Shown here one piece after another: positions 13,411 to 24,996 of a stretch of 64,000 nucleotides of DNA. The position numbers and the translations under genes were made by a program. How positions within the stretch are numbered: position 1 is the first letter of the stretch; each line of letters opens with the position of its first letter. The stretch is from Octopus sinensis (lineage: Eukaryota), in contig NC_043019.1 in assembly GCF_006345805.1 (NCBI RefSeq), forward strand, positions 14,941,360-15,005,359. Reading direction: 5' to 3'. The notes under the pieces are model-generated. The model was not told the DNA's origin, did not search any database, and saw only the letters and a list, made by a program, of their open reading frames with translations.

Positions 13411-14605
13411 TCTTATTACATCGTATTCTGTTTCATTTTATTTTATTTTATTTTTCGAATCTATCTTAATCTTATTTCATTTCATTTTTTGTTTCTAATC
13501 TGTGATCATATTTTATATTCTTAGCTGTGCTATTTCATAACATCATAAACTACTCCAAGAGTTTACCCTCCTTCCCATTCGACCTTTCCTTAGCATATCG
13601 TTCCCGCCCATCGTTTCTCATTGTTAAGATTATGTAAGCAATAATTTTACAAGTAAATTTCTTTTTTCTTCTTCTTGCGATTCTGATAATTCGCCAGACG
13701 AAACAACAGTAAATCTTAATCTGGAGTTATCTCACCGGCATTGTTGAAATCATTTGTACATTTTGCTCCACGCCCATCATTAGGCCCCGGTTGAAAACCG
13801 CTGCATAGAACCTACTAATAAAATACATTGCAGTCTTTCTTTTGGTTCTTTATGTTGTGAGTTCAAATCCCACCTGGGTCAACTTTGACTTTCATTCTTC
13901 CGAGTCGTTGTTGTTTTGTTGTTGCTTAGCGCCAGTTCAAGCCTAACCGAGCAGATTTATAATCAAAGGGGTGCCAGCTAAAACCAATCTATTTTTATTT
14001 TTATTATATTTTATTTTATTTTCCTCTCACTTCAAAATAAAAGGAAAGAGTAAAGACCCTCTTCGGTGATGACTGACCATGGGATTGCACCTGGAAAGTT
14101 CCCCTCCGAGGCACGTGTATAGGCAGGGTTGTTTATGGAAGACCAGTAGTCACCCATGCATACCAGCCTCTCCGTGCCACCAGTGTTATCCAAGGGAAAG
14201 GCAAAGGGGCCGATACAGCTTGGCACCAGTGACGTCACAACTCATTTCTACTGCCGAGTGAACTGGAGCAACGTGGAATAAAGTGTCTCGCCCAAGAACT
14301 CAAGACAGCCCGATCCGGGATTCGAACTCACTACCTCATGTGTATTAGTCCGATGCTCTAACCACTGAGCCATGCGCCTTCACAATATAAACGTAATGGT
14401 TCAATATGAAACGTTGAATTGACGGATTTGTTAGAGAGTCGGGGGCCAAATGCCTCCCACCGCGGTATTTCTTGCAGCGTTTAAATGGTATTTGGTTTGC
14501 TTGTTTCTCGGTTGTAGAATGGTGACTGGGGAGGATGGGGTGGGGGAGAAGGGTGGAATATATTGCCTATCTGTCATTAACCTTACCTTATCACCCGACC
14601 TTTTA

Positions 14606-14650
14606 GAAGTTAAGACCTTTTAGAAGTTAAGACCTTTTAGCAGTTAAGTC
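14606..14650. repeat. 17-bp tandem repeat (gaccttttagaagttaa) x ~3
   Basis: Visible directly. Confidence 0.85.
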
Positions 14651-15716
14651 TTGGCACCGCATCTTAAACTAAAGGACATACGGGACAAACTGATATAAAA
14701 GAGATGGGGTGGAGGGGAACGAAATGTCTTTGAACTCAGATCTGTCTAATCACTGCTGACAGAAGGTGGAACGGTGAAAAATGCCATCGTCGTCATCGCC
14801 GTCATCATCGACGTCATAGTCGTCGTCATCATCATCATCATCATCATCGTCGTCATCATCATCATCATCATCATCGTCGTCGTCGTCGTCATCTTTTATC
14901 TGTTTCTTATCTGAACGCCATTCTCACATATCGTTTTTATCCTGGTACTTGCTTCAGTCACCACGGCCATGCTGGGGCACCGCCTTCAAAGAACTTTGTA
15001 GTTGAATGACTCGACCTCTGTATTTATTTGAAAAAAAAATTTTAAGCTTGGTACTCATTCTATCGGTGTCTTTTGACGAATCGCCAAGTTGCGGGGACGT
15101 AAACACACCAGCACCGATTGCAAAGCAATGGTGGAGGGACAAACACACACACGCAAACTCACACACGCGCACACACACAGACACACACACACACACACAT
15201 ATATATACACACACACATATATATGTCTTTTTTATATCCGTTTGTCCCGATGTCCTTTATTTTAAGATGTCATTCCAGAAGATCTTGCTGCTGTTTCTAA
15301 AAGGTCAAGCGATAAGACACAGTTAATGAAAGATAGGGGAATGCATCTCTCACACCTCGGCCCCTAGCCCATCACTCCACAAACCAACCAGCAAACCAAA
15401 TGCCATCGAAATTCTTAGAGTCTCACAATCAGTAAAAGATTTGTTTTCAGCAGTTGATCAATTATACCAAATATCACACACTTACACACACATACAAACA
15501 TACACGCACACACATACACATATACACACACTTACGCACGCACATACGCACACATACACGCACACACACGTACTCACCTTCATATTAACTATGAAATATA
15601 TGTATGTATTCATGTGTCTGTAAATACCCATATATATGTATGTATTTATGTATGTATATGTATGCTTGTGGTGTGTGAGTGTATATATATGTGGTGTGTA
15701 TGTATATATGTATGTA

Positions 15717-15749
<33 letters not shown>

Positions 15750-15859
15750 CTTATTATATATATTATATATATATATATATAACAGGGAGAAAGAAAGGAG
15801 CAGAGTCAGTGAGTGAGTGAGAGAAAGAGAGAGAGAATTATATATATATATATATATAG

Positions 15860-16048
15860 TCGCCATGATAGATCGTTAGCCACTACACACATTTTTTTTC
15901 TCTCCTTGTTTTTTTTTTTTGTCCCTTTCTGTAGAAGAGCGTAGGCTCGAAACATAAAAGACTTTTTCTATTCCTGAGCGTTATACTAATACATCTGTTT
16001 GTTTTCTACACCACCTGTCTTCGTCTTTTGTTTTTTTCGTAAACTCTC
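15860..16048 (+). mobile_element. Penelope-like element terminal fragment (copy 2)
   Basis: Same sequence family as 10942-11120. Confidence 0.65.
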
Positions 16049-16050
16049 CC

Positions 16051-16081
<31 letters not shown>

Positions 16082-16200
16082 CGTGTGTGTATGTATATGT
16101 ATGCATTTATATGTATGCACGTATGCGTGCGTGTATGCACGAATGTATATATTTATACATCCTTCTCTTTATCTAAACGCCAACTCTTTTTACTTTCCAG

Positions 16201-16308
16201 TCCAGTTACCTCGCCAGATCCAAACAACAGTCTTGGAGGACCAAAGGCAGTCTCAATGACTATTTCATGATTCCATATCAGTTCCCTTTCTACACGGCAT
16301 TTGTTGAG
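16201..16308 (+). CDS. DUF885 gene exon ([36 protein letters not shown])
   Basis: Acceptor tactttccag, donor GAG|gtaagt, 108 nt, phase 0-0. Confidence 0.9.
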
Positions 16309-16763
16309 GTAAGTCATTCTTCTACATAAACATCAGTGTGCCGTATATACGCTCTGGGTTCAAATCCAGCCGTTTGATCCACCGAGATTGCCTTTGTCTC
16401 TCACCAAACCGGGATGTGATAAATTATAATAATAACTCATGGACGGTGATTTGGGGGGAAATGATGAAGTATTAGCCAATGAAATCTGGCGGTAATTGTT
16501 CTGGATATTTACGTTCTGTGTTCAAATCTTATAGAGGTGGTGAAATTGCTGTTTAATGTTCTGAGGTCAGTAGAATAAAATAGCAGCTCAGACGCATGAA
16601 TTGGCCGCCTAAGGACATTTATCAGTGTCGGGGTTAAACAGCCTGGGGTACCATGTATACTCAGTCAACCATTGCGCAAAATTACTCTGCAGAAAACAAG
16701 AGTCTTAGTAGTCGACTGACACAATTAGCGGGCAAGCATGCGTATATATATATATATATATAT

Positions 16764-16803
<40 letters not shown>

Positions 16804-17898
16804 CTATATATATATATATATATAGATATATATATATAGTAGAAATATGTTACGAAAAGAAAATATAAAATACACGTGGATATGTAAGGGTAAAATAAGA
16901 AAAATCAACGAAAATGCACATTGCAAATAAAAAAAAAGGCTATTTATGACAGGTAACGACAAATATAAAATATATACATTTTGATTGACTGAGGTAGTAA
17001 TACGAGTCATATATATATATATAATATATATATATATACATACGTACTTATTTAATCAATCTCGAAAGGATATAAAAGCCAAAGTCGACCTCGGCGGAAT
17101 TTGAACTCAGAATGTAAAGACAGGCGAAATACCTATTTCTTTACTACCCACAAGGGGCTAAACACAGAGAGGACAAACAGGGACTGACAAACGGATTAAG
17201 TCGATTACATCGACCCCCGTATGCAACAAGTACTTAATTTATCAACCCCGAAAGGATGAAAGGCAAAGTCGACCTCGGCGGAATTTGAACTCAGACCGTA
17301 ACGGCAGACGAAATACCGCTAAACATTGTGCCCCACACAGTAACGATTCTGCCGGCTCATCGCCGTCCTTGAGTCGCTTATATTAAGACATAAACGTATG
17401 AACATTATTTACATTATTTACATTTGACGGATATTTGTCCTCATCTTGTTTTTTGTTAACACATATCCGTCAAATGTAAATAAAGTAAATAATGTAAACA
17501 ATTCCTCATCTCTTAAATGTAGAACTGTATAAACGTATGATTTCTATTTCAGGGTTGGGGCCTTTACTCGGAGTTCCTTGGAGAAGAGATGGGGATTTAC
17601 AAAACAGATTATGACCGGTAGGAATAAAAGGGTTCTTATTTCTGTCTTTTAACTTCCATCTTTTACTTGTTCTTTTGTCAATGGACTGAGGCCATGCTGG
17701 GGCACTGCTTGGAAATGTTTGCTCGAACAAAGCGACCCCAGTACTTATGGAGTTTTGTTTTTAAGTTTGGTATTTATTCTAAAGGTCTCTTTTTGCCGAA
17801 CTTCTAAGTTACAAGGACGTAAGCAAACACCGGTTGTCAAGCGGTGCGTGGAACAAAGACAAACATGCCACACACATCCACACATACACATACAAACA

Positions 17899-17933
<35 letters not shown>

Positions 17934-20695
17934 GACGGGCTTCCACACAGTCACCGTCTACCAAATTTACTCTTGAGGCATTAGTCTGCCAAGCTCTATA
18001 GTAGACGACACTTTCTGAGTGTGCCACGCAATGACATTGAACTCGGAACCACAAGAATACAAAATGAGCTCCTTAACCACGCAGCTACGTCTTCGCCTAT
18101 TAAGTACTGGAGTTAAGTTGTTAAAATAAAAAACCCTTCAAGGCAATGCCCCAGTATGGGCGCAGACCAATGAGTGAAACAAGTAAAAGATTTTAAAAAA
18201 TGGTTTATTTGGTTTGTTAAAAAACGAAAATCATGTTCTCATATTTCATTATAATTTTTTTGTTGTAGGATCGGTCGTTATGCGTTTGAGCTTTTGCGAG
18301 CTTATCGTCTGGTCATTGATACAGGAATCCATGCAAAACAGTGAGTATTCAAAGGTTTCCATCTCAGTTCCTTGGGATTTATAGGTTTAAAGAAGTCAGC
18401 TTGTGATAATAAATCGCAAGGACAGACATACATAAGCGCAGGAGTGGCTGTGTGGTAAGTAGCTTGCTTACCAACTACATGGTTCCGGGTTCAGTCCCAC
18501 TGCGTGGCACCTTGGGCAAGTGTTTTCTACTATAGCCTTGGACCGACCAGAGCCTTGTGAGTGGATTTGGTGGACAGAAACTGGAAGAAGCCCGTCGTAT
18601 ATATGTATATATTTATATGTGTGTGTGTGTGTGTGTGTCTGTGTGTGTGTGTATGTATGTATGTATGTATGTATATGTTTGTGTGTCTGTGTTTTTATAA
18701 AATAAAAAAATAAATAGGCGCATGTAGTTGGTAACCACATGGTTCCGGGTTCAGTCCCACTGCATGGCACCTTGGGCAAGTGTTTTCTACTATAGCCTCG
18801 GGCTGACTAAAGCCTTGTGAGTGAATTTGATTGACAGAACTGAAAGAAGCCCGTCGTATATATGTATATATGTATATATATATATATAATATCTATATAT
18901 ATATATATATAATATATATATGTACGTGGGTGTGTATGTTTGTGTGTCTGTGTTTGTCCCCTCACCATCACTTGAAAACCGATGTTGGTGTGTTTATTCC
19001 CCGTAACTTGGCGGTTTGGCAAAGGAGAGACCGATAGAATAAGTACTCGGCTTACGAGGAAGGGCGAATGGAAGCGCGTGTGTCGCGTTACTCTCGAGCA
19101 ACAATGCCGTCCAGGTTCGACCTCGAGCGACTGCATCACAACCAAGGCATTCTATAGGGGCTTAGCGATGGGGAGGTACGACGACGATCTCGGGGCGAAC
19201 TTGGGCGTCGACGAGGAATACCTGACCCGCTTGTGCAAGACAACTTTCGGGCCGGGACCTATGGACAACTTCCAGAGATCCCTGGCCTGTCAGTGCTACC
19301 GAGAAGCGCTACCCGTTCGGAATAAGCTCTGCAGACATGGCTCGAGAAACACGAGGCCGACCTGCCCGAGATGCGGTCAGAGCGACGAAACTGTCTCTCT
19401 CTCTCTTCCTCATCCACTTGTTCTTTTTCTTTTAACCTCTCAGAATGACTCGACAGCATGGAATCGATCTCCTGACCAACTTCACAGGCCTCAGTGAGAA
19501 GCAAGCATCAATTGAGATTGACCGCTACATTACCATCCCGGGTCAGGCCTGTGCTTATAAATTCGGAGAATTGAAGATTCGAGAACTGCGAAGTAAAGCT
19601 GAGAAAGCCTTAGGTACAGTGATGGATGCGTTCTTCCATATTTTTTCTTTACATTGTCGTTCATATTTTTAAGGGTGTTTTTGTTTAACCCACCACTAGG
19701 GTTTACAATGTTAATGGCCTTTATAATTTAGTTCCAGGTTAGTTCCCATCGACCAGATTTATGACCAAAGAGGTTCCAGCCTTGACGATCTCATCTGTGC
19801 GCGTGTGTGTGCGTGTGGTACTTTCAAATCATGACTTTTGAGAAAGCGAATGGACTATAAAATTGTTACGCATTTCCATATATCATGACAGTATTACATA
19901 ACATAGTTTGGATTACATAACATTATATGAAATATATAGAATAAAGGATATCGTCCGTTCACAGAAACAATTGTAGTGTCAATTTGATGTCTCCTTTTCT
20001 AATTTAAAACATTACTTTTATAATTCACTCAACTGAATCATACTTTGGAGTTCTGTCGGGCTCTGAAGACGGTGCTGTATTTCAAAAGGATGAAACGCTT
20101 GCATTGTTCTATTTAATGGAGCCGCCTGAAACGGCCGCATTGCATTAATACCATGACATCCTTGTTACTTATATACTGTAATCAAAAGACATATGATGAC
20201 ATGCCATAAATAAAATTACATATACCACAGATTATGAACATTAAAAAGATATTTAAAGCAAAATTTCTACATATCTATATATACATACATAGATACATAC
20301 ATACGTACATATATATATATATATATATACATACGTACATATCTCTCTATATATACATATATATCTCTCTCTGTACATATGAATGTATGTATATATAAGT
20401 ATATATATTTATTTATAATCATAGGTCGATCATGTGAACTTAACCCATGTATATTTTCAATGTCTTTTTTTATCTCCTTTTTTCTCTTCCCAGTTTATCC
20501 TAGTTTCTTTTATTAGTGTCTGAAGAAAGACTATATCCGAAACGTTAAAGCTTTTTATTCCTTCCTTGAGTGTCAGTCTGATAATATTCACTTTGAACGT
20601 CTCTTGTACGCATTTTCAATTGCTAGTTGCCTTCTATATACGTATATATGTGTGATGTGTGGGTATGTATACACACACACACACACACATATATA

Positions 20696-20739
<44 letters not shown>

Positions 20740-21059
20740 TACATACATACTTACATACATAATATATATATATACACACACACATATATATGCATACACA
20801 TATATATATATATACATAAATATATATGCATACATAAATATATGTTTTTTCCTCTTTTGTAGGTGATAAATTTGACTTGAAGGACTTCCACGCCGCTGTC
20901 CTGGAGAACGGACGTGTCCCTCTGGATATTCTGGAGCAAATAGTGGATAACATGATAGAAAGTAAAAAGGCACAGAAGAACCATGCCAGCACACTTAGTC
21001 AGATTCCGTCCTTGTTGTTTTTAGTCAGTTCACGTCTATTATACAGTTATTGTTATTGA
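16201..21059 (+). CDS. DUF885-family protein (PF05960, putative zinc metallopeptidase-like), last five coding exons, 5'-partial
   Basis: Exons 16201-16308, 17553-17617, 18269-18340, 19444-19613 and 20863-21059 splice GT-AG in frame (612 nt). They give ...[25 protein letters not shown]...[21 protein letters not shown]...[27 protein letters not shown]...[28 protein letters not shown], the characteristic DUF885 C-terminal motif series. Confidence 0.93.
17553..17617 (+). CDS. DUF885 gene exon ([21 protein letters not shown])
   Basis: Acceptor ctatttcag, donor CG|gtagga, 65 nt, phase 0-2; completes the EGW motif. Confidence 0.93.
18269..18340 (+). CDS. DUF885 gene exon ([23 protein letters not shown])
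   Basis: Acceptor ttgttgtag, donor CA|gtgagt, 72 nt, phase 2-2. Confidence 0.93.
18436..18600 (+). mobile_element. High-copy octopus tRNA-derived SINE (dozens of copies on both strands, e.g. 18715-18860, 22380-22510, 33530-33680, 52000-52390, 57700-58095)
   Basis: gcaggagtggctgtgtggtaagtagcttgc...ggttccgggttcagtcccactgcgtggcaccttgggcaag recurs across the window. Confidence 0.9.
19046..19405 (+). mobile_element. Tx1/L1-clade LINE ORF2 C-terminal fragment (zf-RVT-like zinc knuckle)
   Basis: Open, CpG-rich frame ...[24 protein letters not shown]...[13 protein letters not shown], matching the L1/Tx1 ORF2 C-terminal CxxC...ET motif. Confidence 0.8.
19444..19613 (+). CDS. DUF885 gene exon ([10 protein letters not shown]...[30 protein letters not shown])
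   Basis: Acceptor aacctctcag, donor G|gtacag, 170 nt, phase 2-1. Confidence 0.95.
20863..21059 (+). CDS. DUF885 gene terminal coding exon ([10 protein letters not shown]...LLYSYCY*)
   Basis: Acceptor cttttgtag; TGA at 21057-21059; AATAAA about 30 nt downstream (~21091). Confidence 0.94.
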
Positions 21060-21087
21060 TGTTCTTAGTTGTTTATTTGTCTATGAA

Positions 21088-21100
21088 ATAATAAAAAAAA
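21088..21100 (+). promoter_or_regulatory. Candidate polyadenylation signal of the DUF885 gene
   Basis: aataataaaa lies just after the stop codon. It runs into a genomic A-tract, so it could also be an internal-priming site. Confidence 0.4.
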
Positions 21101-23127
21101 AATTCTCTTTAAACTGAGTGTCCTGTTGCTGTGTTATCTCTTTTATATATTATGGACATTCATGTATTACATAAATGTACTGACACAGTCGGACTTGTTT
21201 TTAAGTGACTTAAACAGTGTTGAAAGTGGAGCAGCCATGAAAATGTTCTAGGGTCTCTAGGAAAGACAGATGATATTCTTAGGTCAGAAACCTTGCTGCA
21301 GAGAAGATTCTGGTAAAAGCATCCACGATTTAAATGGTCGTGATAATTTAGAATTTAGGCTCCCACCCAAGGACAACAAGGGCCCTTCTGACGAGCTTTC
21401 ATATAATTTCCGCCTACAAAATTTTTCTCACAGTTTGGCATATAAATATACATAGAATGTATGTAGAATTAATGAGACTTGTAAAATGTATCAACATATA
21501 GGCACATATATGTGGTAAGAATTTTGATTCCCTATACTATGGTTCCCAGGTTCAGTCCCACTGCAAGGCACCTTGGGCAAGTGTCTTCTACTATAGCCTC
21601 TGGCTTACCAAAACCTTGTCAGTTGATTTCGTAGACGGAAACTGAAAGAAGCTTGTTGTATACATACATACCTACATATATCACCGTGACCGACCAGGCT
21701 ATCAGATGTTGCTACACATCGCTGGTCACAATGCACTTCGCACTGTTTTAGCCTTCAAATGACACAACCCCACTGGCTAAGTGAGCAGGCCTCATATATA
21801 TATATATATATAGATAGATAAATAGATAGATGGGGTAGGGACAAACACAGATAGATGCATACATACACACATATATATGTGTGTAAGTGTGTGTGTGTAT
21901 GTATATATATATATATGTACGTATGTATGTATGTATATATATATATATTCTTTTATTTGTTTCAGCCATCTGACTGCAGCCATGCTGGAGCACCGCCTTT
22001 AGTTGAACAAATCGACCCCAGAACTTATTCTTTGTAAGCCTAGTACTTATTCTATCGGTCTCTTTTGCTGAACCACTAAGTTACCGGGATGTAAAGATAA
22101 CAGCATTAGTTGTCAAGCGATGGTGGGGGACAAACAGACACACAAATACACACACACACACACATATATATCTTCTTTCAGTTTATTTCTTTATAGCCCA
22201 CAAGGGGATAAATATAGAGGGGACAAACAAGGACAAAGGGATTGAGTCGATTACATCATCTTCAGTGCGTAACTGGTACTTAATTTATCGACCCCAAAAG
22301 GATGAAAGGCAAAGTCGACTTTGGTGGAATTTGAACTTTTGCCTGGCATGCAACGTTTCTGCCAGCTCGCCACCTTCTTTCAGTTTCTGTCTACCAAATC
22401 CACTCACAAGGTTTTGGTTGGCCTGAGGTTATAGTAGAAGACACTTGGCCAAGGTGCCATGCAGTGTGGGACTGAACCCAGAAGCATGTGGTTGGTAAAG
22501 CAAGCTACTTACCACACAGCCACTCCTGTGCATGCATATATATAATAGGGATTAAAAGAGCCAGGCTGATATCAATAGAAGATTCAGTTCTAAACAGATT
22601 TGGTTAACTATATTAAACAATCAGGCACCAGCAAATACACATCCGTAGATCTAAATATCCTTTACAATTTCAAGACATTCTTATAGAAAAATATCACCAA
22701 AATTAATATATCTGAAAATACCTGTTAACATGTTTTCCAGGTGATTCAAAATTTAACAAATTTTGGAAAATGTGATAATGTATTTTCTGATATAATAATT
22801 TCAATATTTTCAATATTCTCTACACCTTAATATGTTGATAGAACAGAAACAGTTGTCAGCTTTGTAAGGTAAATTCTACTATTAAAGACATGATCTTTTT
22901 CTATCCATAGCTTTGTTATATATAATTTAATCCATAGTCATTGGTTACAAAACAGCCATAGGTGAAACAAAATATATTTTGTCAGACTAATGTTTATGGT
23001 TTAAATATTTTATTCATTCTCAGACTTGTCTTTGAGTTCTTTATACTAAATGGTTGGACATAGATTCTTTTGAATTTGTCTCCCCTTGAATATGGGAATA
23101 TGTGCATCTTTGTGTCAAGAAAAAGTA

Positions 23128-23333
23128 CAAAAATCCTTCACCATATCGCGGTTCACCTATCGTGCACTCAGTGCATCGCGGGTTTTTCTGGCTAATATAT
23201 GTAAGTTTATTTCATGCCCTCCTCAGTATATTGCAGGTTTCTGCGGTGGATAGGTTTTTATACACTTGCAGATTCTAATTATTCCTATGGGAGGTTTTGG
23301 AACATAACACCCGCGATAGCCAAGGGATTACTG
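23128..23333. mobile_element. pogo/Tigger-like MITE
   Basis: Ends caaaaatccttcaccatatcgcgg / ccgcgatagccaagggattactg flanked by TA. Confidence 0.7.
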
Positions 23334-24965
23334 TATAACTTTGTGTTTATAAATCCCTCCCCACTGATTTCTTGACAACTGGTGTTGCTTTGTTAACATC
23401 CCCATAACTTGGCAGTTTAGCAAAAGGGGCCGATATAAAAGATATTGGAATTTAATTTTGACTAAACTTTACAAGGAAGTGCCCCAGCATGGTCGCAGTC
23501 CAGTGACCAGAAACAACTAGTTCCATAAATTACATTACGGCATTTCTGTCTTTGCCCTCAATGTCATATAAAAGAGGAGGTAACTCTATCAAAGGTGAAC
23601 TTTGACATGGCGTCTACTTCATAAGAAGGGACCAATAAAATGAAAACTTGTGGGTGGAGGTCAATGCTATTGACTAAAAACCCTGGAAGAGAGTGGTGGT
23701 GCTCCAGTATGGCCACAGTGCAATGACTGAAACTAAGAACAAAGAAAAAAAAATAGCAATGATATCATTTCAACCATTTTGTGGTGAGCAGAGGGAGTTG
23801 ATGCAATTATTATTAAAGACCCTAGATGGCATTGCTCCAGTATGGCCACAGTGCAGTGATTGAAACTCGGAACAAAAGAAAGCAATATCACCTCAACTAA
23901 CGATGTGTTTTTCTTTCTTTTCTTTTATTATTAATTAGTTTAATTAATTTATTTATTTGTTGATGCTTATGTCAGAACATTTGAAAGACATTGCAAGCGA
24001 GAGGCGTCATTCGTCATTCACATCGACTGACTCACAGTCGTGGGCGTGCATTTAGTTTGGTAAGCGTACGAAAATGCGAAAAAATCTGTCTCTGGCCTTT
24101 GTGTGTCGAGGGAGCAGTGTTTCTTCTTTGACTGCGAACGATGTGACAAGAGAAGATAACTCTAGTCAACACAACAACAATCAAAATATTCCAAATATGT
24201 CGGAGTCGAACGAGGGAGCCGGGTTTTTTTTTTTTTCTATTATGGCGGTAAACGATGAGGGATGTCTGTCAAAACTGCTAGAAACAGCAGCCAAATCTCC
24301 CTCGAAATCACAACATTCTCATGTCTGGAACAAAAGAAGAAGAAGAAAAAAAGCTCATATTAGAAAAATAGTCCTAAAATATGGGGAAGGGTGTAGAGGG
24401 GGGGAATTAGAATATCTTTAATCATCAATTGGAATCAAAGAACCGCAGGGAGCTAAGCAGCAGCAGCAACAACAACAACCTTCAAATTGAACAAATTTAA
24501 TAAAACAACAAAAATTCAATTTTTTAAAAAAATTGAAAACAAAAATAAACGAGATATTTTGTTTTGATTTGTTTATTTTTTTACTTGAAAATTACATATT
24601 TCTGTTATTTTTCTTTTTTGTTTGTTTTTTTTTTAATTTTTTTTCTGGTTGAAAAATAATAATAACAATTTATAAACATAGCCGGAAGGCCTCAAATTTG
24701 AGGGTTTGGGGGTTTTGGGGGTAACAGGAGTTGATCAGGATCGACTCCCATTTCCTGATTTGAACTTAATTTTATTAACACCACATAAAAGGCAAAGAAG
24801 ACTAAGATAGGGTTTCAAACCCAGAATGCCAAGGGTCCACGACAAAAGCATACCACAAAGCACTTTCTGAAATGCTTCAACAAGTTTATTAATAACAATA
24901 ATAATAATAATAACAAACATAATAATGAAAATAACTCTCATATAATAATAACAACAATAATAATG

Positions 24966-24996
<31 letters not shown>

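Noticed and set aside
16201-21059. Bacterial contamination as the source of the DUF885 sequence
   Set aside because: The coding pieces are separated by canonical GT-AG introns filled with host SINEs and microsatellites.
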